Below, piece by piece: positions 25,353 through 32,000 of a stretch of DNA of 32,000 nt. Position 1 is the first letter of the stretch, and each line of letters starts with the position of its first letter. The notes below the pieces were generated by a model. That model was given only the letters and a program-made list of their open reading frames with translations. It did not search any database and was not told the origin of the DNA. The DNA is from an uncultured bacterium (GTDB lineage: Bacteria > Auribacterota > JACPWU01). Location: contig CAZXEQ010000004.1 in the NCBI GenBank assembly GCA_964640155.1, positions 150,001 to 182,000 of the forward strand, read 5' to 3'. The translations under genes and the position numbers were made by a program.

Positions 25353-25400
25353 AATTTAAGTCCTTGAGATTCCTTTGCTATATATTTACCAAGAAGTTTG

Positions 25401-25472
25401 AGCGGGTGATGGGAGTCGAACCCACGACGTCAAGCTTGGGAAGCTTGCATTCTACCGCTGAATTACACCCGC
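25401..25472 (-). tRNA. tRNA-Gly (anticodon CCC)
   Basis: The minus strand reads GCGGGTGTAATTCAGCGGTAGAATGCAAGCTTCCCAAGCTTGACGTCGTGGGTTCGACTCCCATCACCCGCT. This folds into a full cloverleaf with a 7-bp acceptor, 4-bp D stem, 5-bp anticodon stem and 5-bp T stem. The anticodon loop is TTCCCAA and the T-loop is TTCGACT. The discriminator is U and CCA is not encoded. Confidence 0.92.
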
Positions 25473-25514
25473 TAAAAAATGACATTTTAGTCCGAAATGA
25501 CTGTTTCATTATTT

Positions 25515-26453
25515 TCATAGTATATCTGAAGGACTGGCAATGTGAATCATTTTTAAAAATTGCTGATATCTTTGTTGAAATTGAGAAGCAGATACTTTTG
25601 ACAATTTGTGAACGCTAAAATCCTCAATCGTGAATGATGCTATCACAGTGCCATAAATAAGAGCATTTTGTATATTTTCTCGGCTCATTTTGCCTTGATG
25701 AGCTAAATATCCCATAAAGCCTCCGGCAAAGCTATCCCCAGCTCCAGTAGGATCAACCACATTTTCAACAGGGTAAGCAGGTAATATCAAGAAATCTGTA
25801 CCGTCATAAGCCAATACCCCATGTTCTCCTTTTTTAATAATAACCCATTCAGGGCCCATCGCATGAAGTGCTTTGGCGGCATTTACTAAAAGATTTTCTT
25901 GTGTGAGAAGTCTTGCTTCTCCTTCATTCAAAATAACAACTTTCACTTTTCGATAGAGTTTTAACAAATCTTCTCGATGCAATTTAATCCAAAGATTCAT
26001 GGTGTCACAAGCAATTAAAAAAGGATCTTCGGCTTGAGCCAAGACCTTTTCCTGAAGATGGGGATGAATGTTGGCTAAAAAGATGTGTTTGACTTTCCTA
26101 AAATGATTAGGGAGCTGTGGATCAAATTCAGCAAAAACATTCAGTTGAGTATCATGTGTAATGGCTTCATTCAAGTTTTCATACGATCCTTTCCATCGAA
26201 AGGTTTTCCCGGGCATTCTAACCAGACCATCTAAATCAATACCTGGCCCTTTAAGTATTTTTAAATATTCATCGGGAAAGTCTTCTCCAATAATACCGAC
26301 AACATTCACTGGACAAAATTGACGGGCTGCAATTGAAAAATAAGTTGCAGAACCTCCTAAAGCGTTTTCTACTTCGCCATGAGATGTTTTAATGGAATCC
26401 AATGCAATTGATCCCACAACAACTACAGATTTATCTTGAGAGAGTCTTTTCAT
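25515..26453 (-). CDS. PfkB/ribokinase-family sugar or nucleoside kinase
   Basis: N-terminal GSIALD...GGSATYFS and C-terminal DPTGAGDSFAGGF (PfkB signature 2). Overlaps the thiE 3' end by 23 nt. The substrate cannot be determined from sequence. Confidence 0.75.
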   Translation of the reverse strand: MKRLSQDKSVVVVGSIALDSIKTSHGEVENALGGSATYFSIAARQFCPVNVVGIIGEDFPDEYLKILKGPGIDLDGLVRMPGKTFRWKGSYENLNEAITHDTQLNVFAEFDPQLPNHFRKVKHIFLANIHPHLQEKVLAQAEDPFLIACDTMNLWIKLHREDLLKLYRKVKVVILNEGEARLLTQENLLVNAAKALHAMGPEWVIIKKGEHGVLAYDGTDFLILPAYPVENVVDPTGAGDSFAGGFMGYLAHQGKMSRENIQNALIYGTVIASFTIEDFSVHKLSKVSASQFQQRYQQFLKMIHIASPSDIL

Positions 26454-27096
26454 GATATTGATCTTTACATTTCTTTACGATATTAATAATGCTTTTAACT
26501 GTGGCTTGAATATCACAGCTTTCTAAAACAGCACTCACAATACAAACACCTTTTGCTCCAGCCAAAATTATTTCTTGAATATTGGATTCCGAGATTCCTC
26601 CAATGGGGAAAATCATATGAGACAAATCTTTTGTGATTTTTGGAATATCCTGAATTCCTATAGGGTCTGCCTGAGGTTTTGTTTTTGTTTTAAAAATAGG
26701 ACCAAAACCAATATAGTCTACAGATTCTTTCCTAGAAGCCATTGCTTGATCATAAGAATGTGTTGAAAGCCCAATGATAGCTGCTGGACCCAAAATTTGT
26801 CTTGCCTGTGAAACAGGCATATCTCCTTGACCCAAATGAACTCCATCCGCTCCAATTTCTTTCACCAAATGCACAAAATCATTTAAAATAAAAATAACAT
26901 CTTGAGGCGCGATTTTTTTTATTTGTTTGCCCAACTTTATAATATCTTCTGGGGAAGATTTTTTGTCTCTGAGCTGAATCAGTTTACAACCACCCTCAAT
27001 GACTTCTTTCGTCACACGAATGAGCTGGTTGCTAGATATATATCCTGTGTCTAAAATGACATAAAGTTCTTGGTTGCAAATGGGGGTTTTAATCAC
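26431..27096 (-). CDS. thiE: Thiamine-phosphate synthase
   Basis: LYVILD...LIQLRDKK...ADGVHLGQGD...IGLSTH...DYIGFGPIFKTKTK...IFPIGGI...GAKGVCIVSAV matches the ThiE motif order. Confidence 0.88.
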   Translation of the reverse strand: MIKTPICNQELYVILDTGYISSNQLIRVTKEVIEGGCKLIQLRDKKSSPEDIIKLGKQIKKIAPQDVIFILNDFVHLVKEIGADGVHLGQGDMPVSQARQILGPAAIIGLSTHSYDQAMASRKESVDYIGFGPIFKTKTKPQADPIGIQDIPKITKDLSHMIFPIGGISESNIQEIILAGAKGVCIVSAVLESCDIQATVKSIINIVKKCKDQYHEKTLSR

Positions 27097-27596
27097 AGAG
27101 TTTTAATTTTCTTTAAAAGTTGTGAAGTTGATTTTTCTTTAACAAGAGGAAATATAACAACTTTTCCCCCTCTTTGTTTAATGAAAGAAGCCCCAACAAT
27201 GGTGTTCATTTGATAATCCCCACCTTTAACTAAAACATCGGGTTGTAGCTTCTGAATGATCTTTTCAGGTGTAGCTTCGTTAAAAGATGTTACATAGTCA
27301 ACCATATTTAAGCTTGCTATCATTTCACATCTTTCTTGCAATGGAATAATAGGTCTTTCTTTTCCTTTTAGAACGCGTGTAGAAGCATCTGTATTAATAG
27401 CAACAATAAGAATGTCCCCTAATTTTTTTGCTTTTTTTAATAGTCGAATATGCCCTACGTGTAAAAGATCAAAGCATCCGTTGGTAAAAACAATTCTTTG
27501 CCCTTTTCTTTGTAGAGATTTGATTTTGTGGGTTAAATATAAAGGAGAAATGATTTTAGGATCACGCATTCGTTTAATCCAAAAATTGTTTTTCAA
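27093..27596 (-). CDS. hldC: D-glycero-beta-D-manno-heptose 1-phosphate adenylyltransferase (RfaE domain II-type cytidylyltransferase)
   Basis: VFTNGCFDLLHVGHIRLLKKAKKLGDILIVAINTDAS (HxGH nucleotidyltransferase motif, RfaE-II pattern). Adjacent to gmhA. The start could instead be the Met at 27569. Confidence 0.75.
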   Translation of the reverse strand: MKNNFWIKRMRDPKIISPLYLTHKIKSLQRKGQRIVFTNGCFDLLHVGHIRLLKKAKKLGDILIVAINTDASTRVLKGKERPIIPLQERCEMIASLNMVDYVTSFNEATPEKIIQKLQPDVLVKGGDYQMNTIVGASFIKQRGGKVVIFPLVKEKSTSQLLKKIKTL

Positions 27597-28155
27597 TGAA
27601 ATCGCATATAATATGAATAATTAAAAGATGAGATTCCTGAATGCGAGCAACTTCTTGCGATGGAATTTCAAGGCAAAGATTACTTGATTGAGATAAGGGG
27701 TTAGGCCCTTGGCCTGTAAGCCCAATGGTTATAAGCCCTAATTTTTGGGCAGATAAAACAGCCTCTAAAATACTTTTTGCCTTCCCACTTGTGGATATAG
27801 CTAAAAGCACATCGTCTTTTCGCCCTAGAGCCTCAACTTGCTTTTTGAAAACTTGGGTGTAGTCAAAGTCATTTGCAATGCTGGTAAGAATGGAAGTATC
27901 TGTGGTTAATGCAATAGCAGCAATAGGACGACGATTAACTTTATAACGATTGATAAGTTCAGCTGCAGTATGTTGCGCATCTGCAGCACTTCCGCCATTA
28001 CCACAAATGAGCAACTTCCCGCCATTTTTCAGGCTTTTAATAATGGTTGTGGAGATTTCGAGAACCTTGGAAATATATTTTTCTTCACAGAGTTTTTCTT
28101 TGACAGAAATACTCTCTTGAATTGCATTTTGAACTTCCCCAGCAGAAATCTTCAT
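27574..28155 (-). CDS. gmhA: Phosphoheptose isomerase (SIS domain)
   Basis: LLICGNGGSAADAQHTAAEL and ISTSGKAKS motifs, with GmhA-like length (193 aa). Confidence 0.88.
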   Translation of the reverse strand: MKISAGEVQNAIQESISVKEKLCEEKYISKVLEISTTIIKSLKNGGKLLICGNGGSAADAQHTAAELINRYKVNRRPIAAIALTTDTSILTSIANDFDYTQVFKKQVEALGRKDDVLLAISTSGKAKSILEAVLSAQKLGLITIGLTGQGPNPLSQSSNLCLEIPSQEVARIQESHLLIIHIICDFIEKQFLD

Positions 28156-28157
28156 TT

Positions 28158-29186
28158 CTAAAAGAAAATCTTTGCAACTTCATAGAGGTCAAGATCTGCA
28201 GTTCTAAGTTTGCTGACAGCTTGACTTAAATCAACAGCAACGACCTTTGTTCCATGCAAAGAAACCATTTTCCCGAACTCTTTATTTTTTACAAGTTCTA
28301 CTGCTTTAATACCAAATCTTGTTCCAAGGACTCGATCAAAAGCAGTTGGAGAACCTCCCCTTTGAAGATGTCCAAGAATAGTCATGCGAGTTTCAAAGCC
28401 TGTTCTTTTCTCAATTTCATGAGCCAAGAAATCTCCAATCCCACCTAATTTGACGTGTCCAAACTGGTCAAGCTCTTTGTCTTTTGTAATAAAATCTTTG
28501 CCTAATTTTGCTCCTTCGGCAATAGCTACAATACTAAAATTTCTGCCGCTTTTATGGCGTTTACGAATGACCTCACATATTTCATCTACACTAGTTTCAA
28601 CTTCGGGGATAACAATAACATCTGCTCCTCCAGCAATACCTGCATGAAGCGCAATCCATCCTGCATGGCGCCCCATGAGCTCTACAACCATCACTCGATT
28701 ATGCGAAGCTGCTGTAGTATGAAGACGGTCTAAAGCCTCCATGGCAATATTAACTGCTGTGTCAAAACCAAAGGTACAATCTGTTCCATCAAGATCATTA
28801 TCAATGGTTTTAGGGATTGCAACAGTAGGAAGTTTCTCTTGGTTGTAAAGTTTTTGAGCAACGCCTAATGTATCATCTCCTCCAATGGCAATAAGAGCAT
28901 CTAATTTGAGCTTCTTGAAATTTTCAATCACTTTTTTCACATCTTCTGGTTTTTTATAGGGATTTGTTCGAGAAGTATTTAAAATAGTGCCTCCCATAGG
29001 AAGAATACCCGATACAGAGTTACGATCTAAAACTTTGTAATCGCCTTCAATAATACCGGCCCAACCTCTTAAAAACCCAATCACTTCATAGTCTTCAAGC
29101 AAAGCTCTTCTCACAATGCCTCTTAAAACTGGATTAAGACCTGGACAATCTCCGCCTCCTGTTAAAACGCCAATTTTCTTTTTCAT
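28158..29186 (-). CDS. 6-phosphofructokinase, PfkA family, with the PPi-dependent-type signature
   Basis: GVLTGGGDCPGLNPVLRG, IGGDDTLGVA, PKTIDNDLDGTDCTFGFDTA and MGRHAGW. Asp and Lys occupy the positions equivalent to E. coli PfkA Gly104 and Gly124. Confidence 0.88.
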   Translation of the reverse strand: MKKKIGVLTGGGDCPGLNPVLRGIVRRALLEDYEVIGFLRGWAGIIEGDYKVLDRNSVSGILPMGGTILNTSRTNPYKKPEDVKKVIENFKKLKLDALIAIGGDDTLGVAQKLYNQEKLPTVAIPKTIDNDLDGTDCTFGFDTAVNIAMEALDRLHTTAASHNRVMVVELMGRHAGWIALHAGIAGGADVIVIPEVETSVDEICEVIRKRHKSGRNFSIVAIAEGAKLGKDFITKDKELDQFGHVKLGGIGDFLAHEIEKRTGFETRMTILGHLQRGGSPTAFDRVLGTRFGIKAVELVKNKEFGKMVSLHGTKVVAVDLSQAVSKLRTADLDLYEVAKIFF

Positions 29187-29208
29187 CTACTATTATCCTT
29201 TCATGTAC

Positions 29209-29787
29209 TTATGGTGTTTCTATACCTTGAAAAACTTTATCTTCAAAAACTCGAGTCTTAGCTTCTTCAATTTTGGTAACATGAACTTCAACTGTCACGA
29301 ACTTATCAATTCCTAAAATATGTTGAATTTGAGATCGAATGGTTTTCTCAATATCTTGAGCTACTTGAGTAGCTTTATATCCATTGGTTAAACTAAGATT
29401 TAGAATAATCTTGAGCTGTTTTCCAGCTGAAGTAACGATAGGATCTACTGAGCAAATTTCAGGGAAACCCATACTTACTTTTTCGACAAATTCTTCTATG
29501 GCTGGAATAGAAAGCAAAACTCGTCCACTTGGATAAGGCAATTTTAAATACCGGCTTTTCTTATTTTCTCTGGATTTCAAAATAAAAAACTCTGTTTCAA
29601 GTAATAAAAGCAGCACAGCAATCCCAATCAAATAATAGTTTCCATAAGGTTGTTCCCGTAAAAGAGTTACGTTTTGACTCAACCAAATGATGGGAGCCTG
29701 ACTGAGCGAAAGTTGATAAAGAAAAACCACCAACCCTCCCACTAGAACATAGTGCATTAATGGAACAATATATAAAAAAATATTCAT
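29209..29787 (-). CDS. Asp23/Gls24-related membrane-anchored protein (AmaP-like)
   Basis: Two N-terminal TM helices, then an Asp23-like fold pattern (LSIPAIEEFVEKV...KIILNLSLTNGYKATQVAQDIEKTIRSQIQHILGI...VEVHVTKIEE). Confidence 0.55.
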   Translation of the reverse strand: MNIFLYIVPLMHYVLVGGLVVFLYQLSLSQAPIIWLSQNVTLLREQPYGNYYLIGIAVLLLLLETEFFILKSRENKKSRYLKLPYPSGRVLLSIPAIEEFVEKVSMGFPEICSVDPIVTSAGKQLKIILNLSLTNGYKATQVAQDIEKTIRSQIQHILGIDKFVTVEVHVTKIEEAKTRVFEDKVFQGIETP

Positions 29788-29849
29788 ACTTTCCTCTTAT
29801 TAGCCGGTCATTCTATACAATTTAGTTAAATTCAGCGAGGGTTTTATTT

Positions 29850-31196
29850 CTATTTCTGACCTAATAACTCTTCAACAAATTGAGTCGAATATTGACCTAG
29901 CCTGAATTTGGGTTCATTCAAAATTCTCTTCAAAAAAGGAATGGTTGTTTTAACCCCTTCTACAGCCATCTCGTCTAAAGCTCGATTCATAATTTGAATA
30001 GCTTCATTTCTATCTTTTCCATGGGCAATAATCTTTGCAATCATAGAATCATAATACGGAGGAATCTCATAACTCTGATAAATGTGGCTATCTACACGTA
30101 TCCCATTTCCTCCTGGAAGAAAAAGCCCTGTAATCTTTCCTGGGCTAGGCATAAAATTTTTCTCAGGATCTTCTGCATTGACACGACATTCAATAGCCCA
30201 TCCTTGATTTTTAATGTCATCTTGCCCAAATGGCAATTTCTCTCCAAAAGCAATACGTAATTGCTGTTTGATAATATCAATACCTGTAACCATTTCAGTC
30301 ACAGGATGCTCAACTTGAACTCGTGTGTTCATTTCCATAAAATAAAAATTTTCATGCTTATCAACGAGGAACTCAATGGTTCCTGCATTGCTATAGCCAA
30401 CTGCTTTTGCAGCTTTAACAGCGGCCTTTCCCATTTTTGCTCTCGTACTTGAACTTAAAGCTGTGGATGGAGACTCTTCGATCATTTTTTGATATCGTCT
30501 TTGGACAGTACAATCTCTTTCTCCTAAATGAACCGTATTTCCATGTTGATCAGCCAGGATTTGAATTTCAACATGGCGTGGTGATTCCACATATTTTTCA
30601 ATATAAACCTCTCCTTTATCAAAAGCTGCTTCAGCTTCAGTTCTAGCAGTCATAAAAGCATTGGCAAGACTCACATCATTATGGGCAATTCTCATTCCGC
30701 GACCTCCCCCACCAAAAGCAGCTTTAATGATGACGGGATAGCCTATTTTTTTTGCAATCGTCAATGCTTCATTGCGATCGCTAACAGCACCTTCACTGCC
30801 TGGAATGGTAGGAACCCCCACCTTTTTCATCATGTCTTTGGCGGCGATTTTATCTCCCATTTTTCGAATGCTTTCAATCGGAGGACCAATAAACTTAATG
30901 TTACAGCTTTCACAAACTTCAGCGAAGTGAGCATTCTCAGCCAAGAAACCATAGCCAGGATGAATGGCTTCAACATCCGCAATTTCTGCAGCACTGATAA
31001 TACTGGGAATATGAAGATAGCTATTAGAGCTTTGAGCTGGACCTACACAAATAGCTTCATCGGCAAGTCGAACATGAGCAGAATTTAAATCCGCTTGAGA
31101 ATACACAGCAACCGTACGAATGCCCATTTCTTTACACGCACGGATAATGCGTAGAGCAATTTCACCTCGATTGGCAATTAATATTTTTTCAAACAT
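29850..31196 (-). CDS. accC: Acetyl-CoA carboxylase biotin carboxylase subunit
   Basis: [26 protein letters not shown], the ATP-grasp glycine loop [11 protein letters not shown], and [14 protein letters not shown]. Confidence 0.95.
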   Translation of the reverse strand: MFEKILIANRGEIALRIIRACKEMGIRTVAVYSQADLNSAHVRLADEAICVGPAQSSNSYLHIPSIISAAEIADVEAIHPGYGFLAENAHFAEVCESCNIKFIGPPIESIRKMGDKIAAKDMMKKVGVPTIPGSEGAVSDRNEALTIAKKIGYPVIIKAAFGGGGRGMRIAHNDVSLANAFMTARTEAEAAFDKGEVYIEKYVESPRHVEIQILADQHGNTVHLGERDCTVQRRYQKMIEESPSTALSSSTRAKMGKAAVKAAKAVGYSNAGTIEFLVDKHENFYFMEMNTRVQVEHPVTEMVTGIDIIKQQLRIAFGEKLPFGQDDIKNQGWAIECRVNAEDPEKNFMPSPGKITGLFLPGGNGIRVDSHIYQSYEIPPYYDSMIAKIIAHGKDRNEAIQIMNRALDEMAVEGVKTTIPFLKRILNEPKFRLGQYSTQFVEELLGQK

Positions 31197-31232
31197 GTTT
31201 GATCCAAAATTTAGGTCAATTGAGAAGGAAGT

Positions 31233-31676
31233 TTATGGCGTGTTTAACTTAAATAAAGGCTGTCCGAATTCAAGAGGTTGACCATTTTCAACCAATATCT
31301 CAGCAACAATACCTGCAGTTTCAGCCTTAATTTCATTCATGACTTTCATGGCTTCAACAATACATACAACATCCCCCACATTAATTTGCTGTCCTACTTG
31401 AACAAAAGGCACTGACTCTGGAGAAGGTGATGCATAAAAAGTTCCTACCATAGGAGAAATAATTTCTAGAAATTTCTTTTGCTCTTTAGCTTCTGTGGGT
31501 GCTGAAGCAACTTGGACAGGTGTTGCCATCGAAATTTGCTGAACAGCAGGCACAAACTCCCCTACAGATTTCCCGCGTTTTAAAACAATTTTAAACCCAC
31601 TGCGTTCAAGTTGAAATTCTGAAATTTCATTCTCCTGCATCAACTTGATCATTTCTTGTATTTCTTTAATGTTCAT
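31233..31676 (-). CDS. accB: Acetyl-CoA carboxylase biotin carboxyl carrier protein
   Basis: Biotinylation motif [12 protein letters not shown] in the C-terminal lipoyl-like domain. Immediately upstream of accC. Confidence 0.92.
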   Translation of the reverse strand: MNIKEIQEMIKLMQENEISEFQLERSGFKIVLKRGKSVGEFVPAVQQISMATPVQVASAPTEAKEQKKFLEIISPMVGTFYASPSPESVPFVQVGQQINVGDVVCIVEAMKVMNEIKAETAGIVAEILVENGQPLEFGQPLFKLNTP

Positions 31677-31741
31677 GTCCTATCCTTTTTGCTAAGAAAT
31701 TTGAATCATGATATCAATCATTTAAACCGATGTCCAAAAAT

Positions 31742-32000
31742 TTATGGTGTACTTTTATTCAATGGACTTGACTCAAGCTCAAACTCAATAGTAAAAGGCT
31801 CTTTCTTATCTAAATCCCATTCCAGAATTTTTTTCTCAGCATCCATTTTATCTGCATTATTTTTTAGAACATTTAATGAATATTGAATGTATAATTTTGT
31901 TTTGCTCATGGCTGTTTGTGTCAGCACAATTGAGACATTCAGGTGGTTTTCATCTCTTGAAATAACGAACTTTTGAGATTCTTCAATCAATGGATTCAAA
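31742..32000 (-). CDS. Hypothetical protein, C-terminal fragment (5' end beyond the window)
   Basis: The ORF is open at the window edge. I recognise no motif. It is co-directional with accB. Confidence 0.3.
   Translation of the reverse strand, partial: LNPLIEESQKFVISRDENHLNVSIVLTQTAMSKTKLYIQYSLNVLKNNADKMDAEKKILEWDLDKKEPFTIEFELESSPLNKSTP

Noticed and set aside
24990-25400. Retron msr/msd, CRISPR leader/tracrRNA or a prophage att site as the explanation for the non-coding gap
   Set aside because: The window contains no reverse transcriptase, cas gene, repeat-spacer array or integrase. Only a short, imperfect similarity to the tRNA 3' end exists, and it is reported separately at low confidence.
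25223-25618. 131-aa plus-strand ORF (MGGSPSPPSLCSSSEAGPGLADAHF...) spanning the GC-rich island
   Set aside because: It runs antisense through tRNA-Gly and into the 3' end of the PfkB kinase gene. It has no SD, and its N-terminal half is simply the translation of a GC-rich structured segment (Pro/Ser/Gly/Ala-rich, with no domain pattern). It is best explained as a chance ORF created by the lack of AT-rich stop codons.
30681-31088. Plus-strand ORFs antisense to accC (30681-31088, 29994-30260, 30261-30452, 30437-30646)
   Set aside because: They lie entirely inside the highly conserved biotin carboxylase gene on the opposite strand and have no motifs or SD. They are typical shadow ORFs.

Overview
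AT-rich (about one-third G+C by eye), densely coding bacterial chromosome segment from a diderm organism; I cannot assign a lineage from sequence alone. The plus strand (1-8408) carries the distal part of a type II secretion-like operon. It contains gspG (cut by the window edge), four minor pseudopilins (H/I/J/K-like), a PilM-PilN fusion (GspL analogue) and a PilO/GspM-like protein. It ends with a short ExeA/MshM-like AAA+ ATPase, an overlapping GspB/GspC-like membrane partner and a secretin. From 8429 to the window end, every gene lies on the minus strand in one long co-directional array. In transcription order these are: a partial ORF, accB-accC, an AmaP/Asp23-like protein, a phosphofructokinase with the PPi-type signature, gmhA, a heptose-1-P adenylyltransferase, thiE and a PfkB kinase. 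Then come tRNA-Gly(CCC), a roughly 410-bp non-coding gap, ispG, an ABC-2 permease/ATPase/permease/TPR module and a short zinc-ribbon protein. A complete MoxR-DUF58-BatA-E (Bacteroides aerotolerance type) operon follows, then an M50 protease, thiD, a HIT protein, a CpoB/YbgF-like protein and an SLT lytic transglycosylase. I see no CRISPR array, IS element, integrase, phage gene or recognisable defence gene. Three signals are not explained by the gene list. (1) A 132-nt, roughly 65% G+C, strongly self-complementary island (25221-25352) sits beside the tRNA and matches no RNA family I can recognise by eye. (2) A perfect 18-bp inverted repeat has arms that abut the stop codon of the ABC ATPase gene and the SD/start codon of the next permease gene. 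(3) The Bat operon contains an extra 'mini-BatD' paralogue, and six consecutive junctions from DUF58 to BatE have overlapping stop and start codons. All functional calls rest on motif recognition by eye; no database search was run.
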